A DNA stretch of 64,000 nucleotides, taken from positions 6,574,001 through 6,638,000 of the forward strand of contig NC_086101.1 in the NCBI RefSeq assembly GCF_963921235.1, read 5' to 3'. This stretch comes from Mobula hypostoma (lineage: Eukaryota). Positions 1-13,429 of the stretch are shown in pieces (position 1 is the stretch's first letter; each line of letters starts with the position of its first letter). The position numbers and the translations under genes are program-made. The notes beneath the pieces were generated by a model that did not search any database, had not been told where the DNA came from, and saw only the letters and a program-made list of their open reading frames with translations.

Positions 1-324
1 GGATATGTTAATTGGTCATTGTAAGTTGTCCCACGTTTAGGCCTGGGATAAGTTGGGGTTGTCGGGTGTTGCTGCGGTGTTGTGGCTCAAAGGGCCCGAA
101 GTATCCCTAAATTAAAATAAAATATTTGCATTAATGAGAACGTGTACAGGTATAGCTCATAAAGTGGCCGAGTGTGTTTTGCACCTTGGCTCCAAGGGAA
201 CGATGTTTCTTTTAGCTGTATACATGTGTATGTTGAATGACAATAAATATTGGCTTGAAATGTTAAAGGAGAGATCACAGGAAAATCTCAGCAGGCCAAA
301 GGAGTTCAAATTCAGGTTTATTGC

Positions 325-530
325 TGTAACAGGGATACTCACCCAGTATGTAACTGTGATACATACCCTGTAATAATAGTTGTACACAGCCAGGGTGTAA
401 CTAGCGTACATAGCCAGAGTATAGCTGGCATACATACACAAGGTGTAACAGCTGTACGTAGCCAGCATATAACGGGCATGCATAGCCAAGGTCTAACAGC
501 CATACATAGCCAGGGAGGAACTGTGATACC
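325..530. repeat. Degenerate ~24-bp tandem minisatellite (TACATAGCCAGGGTGTAAC-like unit)
   Basis: Recurring 'tacatagccag' and 'tgtaac' motifs. Explains the YASYTLA repeats in ORF 157..489(-). Confidence 0.6.
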
Positions 531-2045
531 GAGGGATTAATTGCTTCACATACACAGGGCATTACTGCCACAAAAATTAGCTTTTTGAAAAGGCAGCATA
601 ATACCCTACAAGTACAAGTTAATGGAACTTACATTCACATAAATTATACCTAATTTACATATGTGCAAAATAAACAAAATAAGGAGAATTACATCAGAAT
701 TAGGTTAAATAAATCCACCCCTGGCATATGCTGTGAAATCAGTTGTTATGCTGCAGCAGCACACTGTAATACATAAAAACTGTAAATCGCAGTAAGAAGT
801 ATATATATCTTTTTTAAAAAGTTGAGTTAAGTAAGTAATGAATTAGTGCAAGATTGGGAGAGAAAAAAATATAGTCTGAGGATCAAGTTCAGGGTTATTA
901 TTGTCTGACTATATATAGATGTACAATCAAATAGAATAATGTTCCCCTGTAGCACAGAGCACCCATAAAACTTTCATCACACACACAATATAGAAACGAA
1001 GTATTACCACAAATAAGTCAGTAAAATATAATTTAGAATGCATGTAGTGCACAACACTGATAAACAGTAAACAGCCAGTGCTATAATTTTCCAGCTGTCC
1101 AGGGCAAAGAATTCCATAAATTCACCACCCTCTGGCTAAAGAAATTCCTCCTCATCTTTGTTCTAAAGAGACATTCTTGTACTCTGAGCTGAGCGCTCTG
1201 GTTCTAGACACCCCCACTATAGGAAACATCCTCTCCATGTCTGCTGTATCTTAGCCTTTCAATATTCACTAGGTTTCAATGAGATCCCCAGAAATTTTTC
1301 AGAACTCCAGCAAGTACTGATCTGGAGCTGTCAAAGGTTGTTCCTGATGGCAGCGGGGAAGAAACTATTGCTGAACCTTGAGACTTGGGTCTTTAGGCTT
1401 CCATACTTCCTGTAAAGAGAAACTGCCAAATGTTTCACCAAAGTGGTTGAATTTGTGGCAATTTGAAAGGAGGATGGAGAGAGATGATTCCTAATGTTTA
1501 GGTGAAGGATTCAGGAGCCAGCAAAATAGCAGGCTTGGCTTCTTCTGGTGGGCTGAGAAAAGTGACAATGCCCAAGAGGCCACTGATCTTGGGTTAGTAG
1601 GGCTGGATGTATCTCAAGCGATGACGACGGGTGGGGATATTGATACATAGAGTACCACAGCATAGAACAGGCCTTCTGGCCCGTCTGGTCCATGCCAAAA
1701 TGTTATTCTGCCTAATCCCATCCACCCACACCTGGACCGTTGTCCTCCATGCACCTCCTGCCCATGTAGTTATCCAAAATTTTCTTGAGTGTTGCAGTTG
1801 AGCCTACATTCAAAACTTCCATTGGCTGCTTGTGCCATACACTCACCACCCTTTGGGTGAAGAAGTTCCCCCTCAGTATTTCGCCTTTTACACTTAACCC
1901 ACCACCTGTAATTCTAGTTTCACCCAGCCTCGGTGGAAAGAAGGTGTGGAATGACTTTAATCAGCGGAAGAACATGTTATCTTCTTCTTGGGCCAAATCA
2001 TCTTTAACCCTCTCCATAATGTAATCTGCTGAGTTCTTCCAGCAT

Positions 2046-2049
<4 letters not shown>

Positions 2050-2106
<57 letters not shown>
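2050..2106. repeat. (TG)n microsatellite
   Basis: Perfect dinucleotide run. Confidence 0.98.
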
Positions 2107-2107
<1 letters not shown>

Positions 2108-2327
2108 CTGGATTTCCAGCATCTGCAAAATCTCCAATGTTATTAATTGAGAAGTAGGGAGACAGTGTTTGTTAGAACGTACTGCAGCCTCTTTAGACAG
2201 TTATGTTCTTCAGCGTCCCTTCCTTCTCCTAGTAAATTCTCCTGGACCTCTTGTCACTTTCCTTCTGAATCTCTAGACAATTTCTTCCCCATCCCCACTC
2301 GAAGCCACTGTCAATACCTTGTTTACA

Positions 2328-2500
2328 GGGTGGCATAGTTGTGCAGTGGCCAGCAACGTTTTGCAGCATCACCGACCTGGGTTCTGTCCGTGTCAGGAGT
2401 TTACGCATTCCCATAGTGACTACGTGGGTTTCCTCCAGATCCTCCAGTTCCCTCCCACGTCCCAAAGGCAGAAAGGTCCGGGTTAGTAAGCTGTGGGCAT
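2328..2500 (+). mobile_element. V-SINE-like element (degraded)
   Basis: V-domain-like 'ggagtttacgcattcccatagtgactacgtgggtttcctcc...ctcccac'. Related copies near 14705, 36520 and 41563. Confidence 0.55.
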
Positions 2501-2779
2501 GGAAGTATGGTGGCACTTCCAAGTTCAAAGTCCATTTTATTATCAGAGTCACCCACATATAACCCTGAGATTCATTTTCCTGCGGGCATTCTCAGCAAAT
2601 CTATGGAGCAGTAACCATAGTACGACCGACCAGAGTGCAGAAGACAACAAACTCTACAAATGCAAATATAAGTAAATAGCAATAAATAATGGGAACATGA
2701 GATAACAAGATTAAGATTCCTTAAGGTGAGATCATTGGTTGTGGGAACATTTCAATGGATGGACAAGTGAGTGTAGTTA

Positions 2780-3150
2780 TCCCCTTTTGTTCAGGAGCCT
2801 GATGGTTGAGGGGTAGTAACTGTTCTTGAACCTGGGGCTGCGAGTCCTGAGGCTCCTGCACCTTCTGCCTGATGACAGCAGTGAGGAAAGAACATGACCT
2901 GGGTGGTGAGGATCTCTGATGATGGATGCTGCTTTCCTACGACAGTGTTTCATGTAGATGTGCTCAATGCTCTAGCCATGATGTACTGAGCCAAATCCAC
3001 CTCCTTTTGTAGGATTTTCCATTGAAAGGCATTGGTGTTTCCGTGATGCAGCCAGTCAAAACACTCTCCACTACACGTCTACAGAAGTTTGTCAAAGTTT
3101 CTGATGACATGCCAAATCTCTGCAAACTCCTAAGGAAGTAAAGGCACTGC
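2780..3150 (-). mobile_element. Rex1/Babar-like LINE 3' fragment
   Basis: ORF 2964..3200(-) 'YFLRSLQRFGMSSETLTNFCRRVVESVLTGCIT' is typical of the C-terminal part of this RT family. Confidence 0.7.
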
Positions 3151-3302
3151 ACTTGTGGGCTGCCCCCACCACATCCTCGGATTGTGTTGGTTGTTGACAC
3201 AAACGATGCCTTTCACTGTGTGAGACGATGTACATGTCATCCAAAAGGTACAATTTTTCTGTCCTTTGTGACTCTAATATTCTGTCTTTTTCCCTCCTGT
3301 AG

Positions 3303-3901
3303 TTTCTGTGACCCTAGATGGCGAAACTGCAAATCCTAAACTTGGACTGAAAAACCAGAACAGTGTGAAACTGACCGAGGCCGAGCAGAATTGCCCGGAC
3401 ACCGGGAAATGCTTCACAGAACTGGAATCCGTGCTGGGGCTGGACGAATTCCAATCAGGGCGATATTATTGGGTGGTGGAGGTAGGGATGAATCGGAACT
3501 GGAGTCTGGGAGTTGCCACAGAGACTGCCGAGAGGAACGGGAGTGTTGAACTGACACCGGAGAATGGATTCTGGACCATTGGGCGTGTGGGAGACGAGTT
3601 TCACGCAAACGACTCTACTCCCATCGCCCTCAGCACCAGGCGTGTCCCCGAGAATCTGGGAATATATCTCAGCTACGAGTCCGGGATAATTTCGTTTCAC
3701 AGCTTGCCTACAAAGACCTGTGTCCACACCTTCACTGTAGACAAATTCGAGGGGAAACTTTATCCTTTCATCAGTACCAGCCACGTTGACAATTGGGTGA
3801 AGGTGTCCTCTGGGTCTGTGCTGGATTTGCATAAAGAGCCACGTTCCAGGGGCACCCTCCGGAACAGGTTTCGGAGGCTGTGGAGTGGAAAACCCTACTG
3901 A
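3303..3901 (+). CDS. TRIM gene A, terminal B30.2 (PRY-SPRY) exon; upstream exons not found in the window
   Basis: Polypyrimidine tract plus AG at 3301-3302, in the same phase as the paralogs. Encodes VSVTLDGETANP...SGRYYWVVEV...GIYLSYESG...KLYPF, open to TGA at 3901. Confidence 0.88.
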
Positions 3902-6900
3902 TAACAGGTCGGCACTGAACGAGTTGCATCTCATCTCAAATACTCCTCTGTAAACTATCAGCAAAGCTGCAGATAAGACAATAGTCCATTTGGTGTCAAC
4001 ACTCTGGGTTGCAGAATGGATTTTTACAATTTTTTTAATCAAAAAAGATACAGAAAAACACATGGATGATCTTATTACGTAACACACATCGTTTTCTTAT
4101 TCCTTGTTGAAACATGCAACACTTCAGCACAGTACAGGCCATTCAGCCCATGATGCTGTGCTGACCTTTTATTCTACTAAAATCAATCTGACCCTTTCCT
4201 CCTACATTTTTCTTTCATCTGTGTGTCTATCTAGAGTCTCTTAAATGTCATTAGTGTAACTGCCTCTTCTACCACCCCTGGTAGCATCTACCACACACCC
4301 ACCACTTTCTGTGCAAAAGAAAACTATCTCTGACATTACCCCTATAAATTCCTGCAGTCGGTTTGATATATTTCTGCTCATATTAGTCATTTCTGCCCTA
4401 AGTAAATGTCTCTGACTGTCCACTCGATTTATGCCTCTTATCATCTACACCTCTAGCAAGTCACCTCTCATTTCCATTTGCTCCAAAGAAAAAAGCTGTA
4501 ATTCACTCACCTACTGTATGATCAAAAGGCATGTGCTCTCATCCAGGCAGCCTCCTGGTAAACCTCCTCTGCAGCCTCTCTGAAGCTTCCATGTATTGAA
4601 TGTCCTTCCATATGGCGCTGGTGAGACACAGTGATGTTTTGCAGGCCGCAAACAAAACTAATAATGATTCTATTTAAAGGTATTTTTTTCTGGACTGCAA
4701 TCACTGCAATCTGCAGCCTGTAATTTGTCTTTGGGAGTTGTGCTTTTGACCCGTCTGCACGACCTGGCGTCTTTGCAGTATCCTGAATGAATCGCCGAAC
4801 TGGACCCTCAGGAACGGCAGGTATGGCCGGGGCAGCCATCGCTGGAGCGGACTTCAGGCTAGATGTACGTGGCAGAACCCAGACGTGAGAGCGGAAAGTC
4901 AAACCAAAGTTTAGCTGATTTAAGCGTCGAGCCATATTAAAGCGTCGAGGCTGAGAGCCAAGGACAAACCGGTGATCAGCTCTCTCCTCCATTGGGCTTT
5001 ACGCACCTGGGCACTGAAGTGACTGCAGCTGCAGCCATTGGCTCTTGCCTCGGTGCGAATGCCCCCTGTGCCTGTGAGCTCACTTTTGGGGACTCTACAG
5101 TCCACATTCCCTGTGTAGGATTTGTTCTTTCTTTCCACTTTGCTTGTCTGCGTTCCTTGTTGTGTGGGGCTTTTTCGTGGATTCGATTGTGTGTTCCTTT
5201 GTTTTGTGGCTGCCTGCAAGAAGATGAATCCCAATGTGGTACGTACTTTGATAATAAGTGTACTTTGAACACGGGTGTGGATTGAAATCGCATATTTGCT
5301 CTCCAAGAACTGATCCTCAGTGTAGTGGGGGCAGCCCACTGTCAGGAAATGTGGGGGGCTGGCCCAGAAGCAGGGCAGTGGAGACGATTCAGCGGTGAAT
5401 GGTTAATAATAGGCCACAAAATAACCAGCCACGAGGGGCTCTAAAGCAAGAGAGAACTGAAACCATGCCCAACAGGCAATGAGGTCAACTTCGGGTAGGG
5501 AGACCGGAAAGCTAAGAGCAACTGTTTGAAGCCACTGGTTCAATGAGTGAACGAGGACTGTGCATGAGAAGTGGGGTTAAACAGGCTGCAGGTGATGAGT
5601 CTGGAACGAGTGGCAGGTGAATCCTGTTAGTTGGGCGGAGCCTGCATGCGTAGACCTGATGCCCGCATGTGTCACCTCATATTCCAGCGCCCGTATAGCA
5701 TGTCCACAATGCCCAGCGGAACAGAACACAACACAAGAAGCAGCAAAACAAGTCCTGTTCCACAATAAATTGTCCGAATCTTCACCCCAAACATTGACTG
5801 TTTTATCCTCCCTATAGATACTGCCTGACATGCTGAGTTCCTCCAGCATTTTGCATGTGTGGCAGCAGAAAAAAACCTTTCCCACCCTCCCGTCCTCTCA
5901 GACACAGAGGCAGGCCTCGAACCACAGGACAGGCCTCTGCTTTCCACTCCTAAGCCCTGAAATCCTAGATGATAGGTTATGGCTTCTAGACACACCAGAC
6001 CAGTAGTCCAACCTTCGGGCCTTGGCCCCCGGACTCACTGATTTCAGTCTTTGACCTTCAGTATCACAGATGACTGGAGTCTGACCCAGCTCGCTCAACC
6101 TATCTTCATAAGTCTTTTTGAGATTCAGAATCAGGTTTATCATCACTGACAAATGTCATGAAATCTGCAGTTTTGAGGCAGCAGTACAGAGCAATACATA
6201 GAATATAGTAAAATTATCACAATGTATATCTTAAAAAGAATCAGTATGGTGAGGTGGTGTTCATGGGTTCAGAAACTTGGTGGAGGGGAAGAAGTTGTTC
6301 CTAAAATGTTGTGCGTGTGTCTTCATGCTCTTGTACCTCTCCTCCCTAATGGTTGTAATGGGAAGAGGGCCTGTCCTGGGTGGTGAGGGTTCCTAGTAAT
6401 GGATGCTGCCTTTTTGAGGCATCATTTTCTAAAGATTCGAGATTGTTGAATGTCATTTCCAGCACTCAAGTGTAAAGGAGAGCCACTCCAGATCTGATGC
6501 ATCAAGTTTTGATGTTCACGTTGCCGGGGAGGTTGGTGCCCGTGATGGAGCTGTCTGAGTCTGCAACTTGGTGCCTCCAAATCAAACATCTGTAGTCTTT
6601 TCCCTTGCAAATAGAACCAAAAGCTAAGATTAAAGATGATGGGGGTTCAAGAGAAGTTTGGGTAGGATGAGAGGGGTCTGCAGGGATATGCTTGTGGTGC
6701 AAGTAGGTGGGACTGAGCAGAAGATCAGGCAGCATGGGCTGGATGGGCCGAAGGGCCTGTTTCAGCGCTGGAGTAGACGCAGGAGAATGAAGGGTGATCT
6801 TATTCTTCTAAAGCCTGTCACCTCTGCCTATAGCAACTTGCCAACATCCTCTGACCTGGGCCTGTCTTTCAAATTGTCCCCAAGTGTAGTCCATCTTTGA

Positions 6901-7949
6901 AGATCCGCTCTCCCCCAGGAATGACATATTTGCAGCTTCCGTTGGCATTTTCATGGGTTGGGGCTGCTTGCCCCATGCCCAATCCTTCACAGCCAGACTT
7001 GGGACCATTCATAGCTGAGCTGGGCTCATCATGATGGGCAAATGGTTCGGAAATAAAGAACTGGAGGGCACAGGTTTAAGGTAAGGTGAAAATTTTACTA
7101 AAGTCCTGAGGAGCAACCGAATCACTCCAGTGTAGTCCATATGTGGAGGAGCTGCCCGAGGAAGTGGTTGGGACAAGTGCAATAAGGACACTTGGATAAG
7201 TACATTGATAGGAAAGTATTAGAGGGCATTGGGTCAAATATGGGTAAATGGGACCAGTTTAGCTTAATTGGCACAGTGGGCAGCATGAATGAGTTGGGCC
7301 GAAGGGTCTGTCTGTGCTATGCTATTCTGTGACTCTGATATTCTTCACAATCTATGCCATTTACAGAAGAGCCTGATGAAGCGACTCAGCCCAAAATGTT
7401 GACTCTTTAGTCCTCTCCATGGACACTGCCTGACCTTCAGAATTCCTCCAGTACTTTGTGTGTTCAAGATTTCCATCATCTCCAGAACCTCTTATCTGCA
7501 TTTATAGTAACTCTGTACTCTTCTTCCCCTGCTGATCTACTGCATTTATTTTCTGCTTTAGTTTAAAATGTCCGGCCCTTGTGATTTTTGAGATGTCAAT
7601 CTGTCCACATGCTCTTGAGATACGTACCAAGTACAGCAGAGGCCAAGGTCCATGCGGTGTCAGGACTCAAGGTCCCCACCTGCTGCTGGGAATCAGTACT
7701 GCAGGGAGATCAGGGCCACATTCTGACGATGGAAGGGGCAAATTCCTGCACAAGGGGATCAGGATTAAACAAACATATCTCGGGCTTCCCTCTCCTGTAG
7801 TACTGGACACTGTGATGTCCACTTGAGAAATTCCACCTGCATTCCACATCTGCAGTTCGGCGTTTGCCGGATCACGAGAATAAGTTTGTCAATGTGACCC
7901 CCCGTGCAACAGGAGGGCTGGGGTGGGACCGTCTGTATTCTGCCACCAT

Positions 7950-8450
7950 TCATACAGTCCTGGAGTGCTGCAGCACAGAAACAGTTCCTGCGGCCCGTCC
8001 AGTGGTGCTGAAACCAGTCCCATCGAGCCACACGTGGACCATAGCTTGATATCCATGTACCTGTCCAAACTTCTCTTAAATGTTACTATCGAATCCACGT
8101 CCACCAGTTCCGCTGGCATTTCGTTCCACACTAGCACCACATTCTGAGTGAAGAAATTCTCCCTCAGGTCCCCCCTTAACATTTCACCTTTCACCCTTAA
8201 CATATGACCTTTAGCTCTAGTCCCTCCCAGCCTCAGTGGGAAAAAGTCTACTTCCATCTACGCTATCTGCATCCCCTCATAACTTTGTATACCTCTCTCA
8301 AATCTCCCCTCGTTTTCCTGTGCTCTAGGAAATAAAGTCCTAACCTCTTCAACACTCAGGTCTTCGAGTCCTGGTAAAATGCTTGTAAATTTTCACTCTA
8401 CTCTGAATCACATCGGTTCTTTTCCTCTAGGTAGGTGACCAGAGCTGGAA
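7950..8450 (-). mobile_element. CR1 LINE 3' fragment
   Basis: ORF 7889..8257(-) 'KGHMLRVKGEMLRGDLRENFFTQNVVLVWNEMP' matches the CR1 ORF2 C-terminus. Confidence 0.85.
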
Positions 8451-9287
8451 TCAGTTTAAAACACTAGGCGACTATTAAACACAAGAGATTCTGCAAATGC
8501 ACGAAATCCCGAGCAACGCACACAAAATGCTGGAGGAACTCAGCAGGTCAGGCAGCATCTATGGAATGGAATAAACAGTGGAGGTTGTCGGCCGAGGCCA
8601 TTCATCAGGACTGGAAAGGAAGGGGACAGAAGGCAGAATAGGAAGGTGGGGTGGGGAAGAAGTACAAGGTGATAGGTGATGCCAGATGAGGGGGGAAGGT
8701 GGGTGGGTGCGGGCGGGGACGTGATCAGTGTCGTGTCCGACGATGAAAAAAACAAATCCCGGCGAATATGTGGCGATAACTAAACGCAGAGAATTATTCC
8801 TCTCCCATTCCGAACTTTCTCTACTCCTCCGTTCCGGATTTGAACCTGTGATTCAATTAAAGCGACAAATGATCTTCGCTTGGATACTGGTGAAAAGCAA
8901 TGGGTGGGGGGAGTCTTGAGGCTGACTGAAAGTCTCTGTTACATTGGCTAATGACGGACTGCCGTGAATTCGTGAAGACACAGGAGATTGCGGACAGTGG
9001 AATCGGGAACATCACACAATCTGCTGGAGGAACTCAAGAGTGGGGACAGCTCTTGCGATGGGAAAAGAATTGTCCCCCCGCCCCCGCTGCTCCGCACGCT
9101 GAGTTTCTCCGGCAGTTTGTTATTTCAGGTTCTTTCTCTCAGTCTCTCCCCAGCACCCCCACCTCCCTCCCCCTCCCGGGAATACAATACGTTCAGCGGA
9201 CAAGCGGCGAACTGCAGCAATCCATCAGCAGTCGGAGACTAAGAAGTTTTTCCTCTCCCGCCCAATCGCAGATTGCTGAGTGCGAAA

Positions 9288-9698
9288 ATGGCTTCCACAC
9301 AACAGGACGAGAGCTTGTCGGAAGATCTGGCTTGTCCCATTTGCCTTGACTTCTTTACCGACCCGGTGACACTGCAGTGCGGCCACAACTTCTGTCGCTC
9401 CTGCGTCACCCGGACTTGGGAGACAACGGAGAAGATCTGCTGCCCGGAATGCGGCGAGGAGTTTGCAGAAAGAAACCTCAGAGCCAGCCGCGCCTTGGCG
9501 AACTTGTCCGAGAAAGCTCGAAAATTGAACCTGAAGACAAGAGAGAAGGGGGACAAATTTCTCTGCGACGAACACCAGGAAGAACTGAAGCTGTTTTGCC
9601 AAACCGACACGAAGCTGATCTGCTACTCTTGCAGAGATGCGCGGGAACACCGGGAGCACCATTTCATGCCCGTTAACGAAGCTGTTGAAATATTTAAG
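9288..9698 (+). CDS. TRIM gene B exon 1: RING and B-box2 (TRIM39/TRIM27/A33-like E3 ligase)
   Basis: ATG at 9288. CPICLDFFTDPVTLQCGHNFCRSC...CPEC RING and CDEHQEELKLFCQTDTKLICYSC...H B-box. AAG|GT donor; 411 nt. Confidence 0.95.
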
Positions 9699-9769
9699 GT
9701 AACGTGCTGGAAGTCTTACAATTTGATTGTGATTTACACGCTCTAACTTTGTTTTCGTTTTTCCAAAAG

Positions 9770-9865
9770 GCTTTGGTGAAATCTTCCCTGGACTCTGCCA
9801 CAGAGAAGAAATCACTGATTCTGGAAATGGAGCACCAGCAGAAACAGAAGATTTCTGAGATCAGG
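9770..9865 (+). CDS. TRIM gene B exon 2 (coiled coil, 96 nt)
   Basis: AG/GT flanks, encodes ALVKSSLDS...ISEIR, canonical 96-nt TRIM exon, homologous to 36362-36457. Confidence 0.92.
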
Positions 9866-9951
9866 GTAAAGTCTTCCGCTACCAGTGCCAGTGTTTTGCT
9901 TTCTTCCCTCGATCATACCACCTTCTTATTTCACCTGTTTCATTCCCACAG

Positions 9952-10185
9952 GACCAGTCACAGGTTCTGGAGAAGCACATCATGTCAGAGTTCTCCGAAA
10001 TGCACCAGTTTCTCACTGGGAAGGAGAAAGCTTTGATCGCCGATCTCCAACAAGAGAAGGGGGAGATTTTGGGAAAGATGCAGAATAACCTTCTAGAAAT
10101 CCAGGAGTGTTTAAAATCTCTTCAGCGGAAACTCTTCAAGTTGCAAGAACAGATGGAACAAAAAGACATAATGCTCTTTCTGAAG
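9952..10185 (+). CDS. TRIM gene B exon 3 (coiled coil, 234 nt)
   Basis: cccacag|GAC...CTGAAG|gtgag; encodes DQSQVLEKHIMSEF...IMLFLK. Confidence 0.92.
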
Positions 10186-10371
10186 GTGAGGATTACTACT
10201 GGGCCCATTATACACTAAGTCTGGAAATAGTTAACAGAAAGAACTTTCGTTGAGTTAGAGACTAGATATTAAGATTCCACTTCCATTTATTGGTCTGTTT
10301 ACCAATAATCAACCTGGGCACAGTGAGGAATTTGAGATATGCTGAGAGTAATGGGATCTCCCAGTGGCGAC

Positions 10372-11010
10372 TCATTTCAAGAGGAATAGTGTATAAGAGT
10401 AAGGAGGTGTTGATGAGGCTCTATAGGGCATTAGTGAGACCTCATTTGGATTACCGTGTGCAGTTTTGGGCCCCCTATCTTAGAAAGGATATACTGATGT
10501 TGGAGAGAGTTCAGAGAAGATTTACGAGGATGATTCCTGGAATGCAGGGGCTAACATATGAGGAGCGTTTGTCAGCTCTTGGATTGTATTCATTAGAGTA
10601 TAGAAGAATGAGAGGGGATCTCATAGAAACGTTTCGAATGTTGAAAGGGTTGGACAGAGTAGGTGTGGAAAGGTTGTTTCTCTTGGTGGGTGAGTCCAGG
10701 ACAAGAGGCCATAGTCTTAGAATTAGAGGGTACCCAGTTAAAACAGAGATGAGGAGAAATTTTTTTAGCCAGAGGGTCGTGGATTTGTGGAATTCGTTGC
10801 CACATATGGCTGTGGAGGCCCGATCATTGAGGGTGTTTAAGGAGGAGATTGACAGGTATCTAATTAGTCAGGGTATCAAGGGATATGGAGAAAAAGCCAG
10901 AAATTGGAACTAGATGGGTGAATAGTTTAGCTCATGGGGGAGCTGTGGAGCAGACTCGATGGGCCGAATGGCCTACTTCTGCTCCTTTGTCTTGTCTTGT
11001 GATCTTGTGA
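10372..11010 (+). mobile_element. CR1 LINE, 5'-truncated, with (TCTTGTGA)n-like tail, in intron 3 of gene B
   Basis: ORF 10290..10913 'LYRALVRPHLDY...WNSLP'; 3' hairpin region and tandem tail at ~10985-11010. Confidence 0.92.
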
Positions 11011-11018
11011 TTTCATTT

Positions 11019-11440
11019 CTACTCCCCATTCCCATTCTGACACGGCCTCTTGTTCTGCCATGATGAGGCCACACTTAGGTTGGAGGAACAACACCTTGTA
11101 TTTTGTCTGGGTAGCCTCTGACCTGATGGCATGAGCATCAATTTCTCAAACTTCCAGTAATTGTTCCCCCTCTCTTTCAAATTTCTCCATTCCTGTTTTA
11201 TCAGCTCATCACCTCCGGCTGGTGTTCCTCCCATTCCCTTTCTTCCATGGTTTATACACTCTCCAATCAGATTCCCCCTTCTCTGCTCCTTTATCTCTTT
11301 CACCAGTCAACTTCCTGGCTCTTTGCTTCAACCTTCCCCCTCTCCAGGTTTCACCTGTCACCCACCACCTTGTATTTCTTGCTCCCCTCTCCTCACCTTC
11401 TCGCTCTGACTTCTTACCTTCTTTTTCCAGTCATGATGAT
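11019..11440 (+). mobile_element. Penelope-like element fragment (GIY-YIG end and terminal repeat)
   Basis: 'gatgaggccacacttaggttggaggaacaacac' is shared with the Penelope copy at 39124-40245. Confidence 0.75.
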
Positions 11441-11471
11441 GCGTCTCATGTGTGTGTGTGTGTGTGTGTGT

Positions 11472-11927
11472 TGTCAATGTTCCGTGTGTTGTGCATTCAG
11501 TGATGGTCTTCTGCACACCACTGTTGTAATGCACGGTTATTTGAGATACAGTCACCTTTCTGTCAGCTTGAACCAGTCTGGCCATTCTCCTCTGACCTCT
11601 CTCATTAACATGGCATTTTTGCTCACAGAACTGCTCCTCACTGGACTTTTTTTTTGTTTTTCACAACCATTCTCTGTAAAGTTTAGAGATAATTGTGCAT
11701 GAAAATCCCAGGAGATCAGTAGTTTCTGAGATACTCAAACCATCCCTTCTGGCACCAGCAATCACTCCATGGTCAAAACCACTTGGATCACATTTCTTCC
11801 ATATGCCGATATTTGGTCTGAAAAGCAACTGGACATCTTGACCACATCGGCATGTTTCATGCATTGAGTTGTTTGACTGATTGGATATTTGGAGTAAAGG
11901 TGTACCTAATAAAGTGGCCACGGAGTG
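11472..11927 (-). mobile_element. Tc1/mariner remnant (one TIR plus N-terminal transposase, frameshifted)
   Basis: Fragments 'GFDHGVIAGARRDGLSISETTDLLGFS' and 'MARLVQADRKVTVSQIT'. TIR-like 'cactccgtggccactttattaggtacacc' abuts TA at 11928-11929. Confidence 0.85.
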
Positions 11928-12559
11928 TATTTTTAGGAATTTGAGGTGGTGAGTGGGTCAAAGTGCAAGATGCAACCAAAAACAACATTCAACCACTGTA
12001 AATCATTATATTAAAATAAAATTAAAGATTAAAGCACAGATAATGGAATAAAATGTTCATAAAACATGAATCCCAGCATATATTTATAATGTAAATAGCA
12101 ATGTAAAAGTGGTTTGAAGCATTTACAGTGCAGTGCCAGGGTTAGTCGATAGAGGGGGTGTGGGGGGGGCAAACTGGAATGGTTGATCAGATTAACTGCC
12201 CGGGGGAAGAAACTCTTAAGGTGAAGTGATGTATTTTGTCTTATTAGCCACATAGTGCTCCTATTTACGTTTATAAGTATGGAAAGCGCCACTAAATATT
12301 GGGCTCCAATTTAATCATAAAGCCAAGTTTCTCCAATAATTTACATCACACTTAAATTAATTGATTGTTTAAGCTCTTCTGGATAGATGTATCATCGAAT
12401 TGCCAATAACCTTTCTGGGAATGTTCTAGAGTCACTGAGCATGGAGCCAGGCCCTTCATCCCCAAGCCGACCAGGATGCCCCATTTGCCTGCGTTTGGCC
12501 CCATATCCCAATAAACCTTCCCTATCCATGTACCTGTCCCTTCTAAATGTTGTTAATGT

Positions 12560-12900
12560 GTCGCCGACTGGAACCAATGCACAGGATCAGAAAAAAGCTG
12601 CAGAGGGTTGTAAACTCCAGCCGGCTACATCATCGGCACACCCCTTCCCAGTATCGCGGACACCTTCAAACGGTGATTCCTCAGAAAAACAGCATCCATC
12701 ATGATGGGCAGTCACAATCCAGGACAAGCCCTCTTCTCATTATTACCATCAGGGAGGAGGTACAGGAACCGGAAAACACACCCTCACTGGTTTAGGAACA
12801 GCTTCCTCCCCTCTGCCATCAGATTTCTGGACAGAACACGACCTCACTATTTTGCTCACATGTTGCACTATTTTATTTTTTATATTTTTTTATTTTAAAA
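12560..12900 (+). mobile_element. Rex1/Babar-like 3' fragment
   Basis: 'HNPGQALFSLLPSGRRYRNRKTHPHWFRNSFLPSAIRFL'. Confidence 0.75.
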
Positions 12901-12981
12901 TGTAATAGTAGTTTTTATTTTTGGACTTGTGCTGACAATGCAATAACCAGATCCTCAATGCTAATCGTGGGGTCAGGAGCC

Positions 12982-13212
12982 GTGTGCTGACCACTGCCTG
13001 ATGGACTTGTGGTCAAAGAGCTTCTCCACGAATGATGGGCAGTGCGGCAACGTCCGGCTGACTGGGACGTTGCACGGCAACAGGTCCAGGCCTATCCTTC
13101 ACAACACCGGGAACAGGTAGAATCTCGGCACTGAGCGGTACTTGGTGCCCACGTAATCACGTTCCATGCACCGCCTGATACAGCCACACACAACGTTGGT
13201 CACCAGGGCGAG
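12982..13212 (-). mobile_element. Tx1-clade LINE internal fragment
   Basis: Manual translation 'VVCGCIRRCMERDYVGTKYRSVPRFYL...FDHKSIRQWSA' is homologous to the Tx1 at ~29080-29310. Confidence 0.75.
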
Positions 13213-13429
13213 GACAACTGTGGGATACTGATCAGTTGCAGGTGAGGATGGAGTTTAACCCAGGGCAGTGTGAGATGCCGAGGTTTGGGAGGTCTGTCAT
13301 AAAGTGAGAGTACACAGTTAATGGCTGGATCTTCAAAACAGTGTTGATGAACAGAGGGATCTTCAGTTCCAGGTATCTGGCTCTCTGTAAGTGGTTGCAC
13401 ATGTTGATAAGGGGATAAAGAAAGCGTAT

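Noticed and set aside
1..3300. Upstream exons of TRIM gene A
   Set aside because: I found no 23-nt or 116-nt exon homologs by eye. They are probably outside the window, though an orphan exon cannot be excluded.
4522..8050. Many 60-150 aa ORFs as host genes
   Set aside because: They show no recognisable domains or splice structure, and they overlap decayed repeats. The same applies to most short ORFs in the track.
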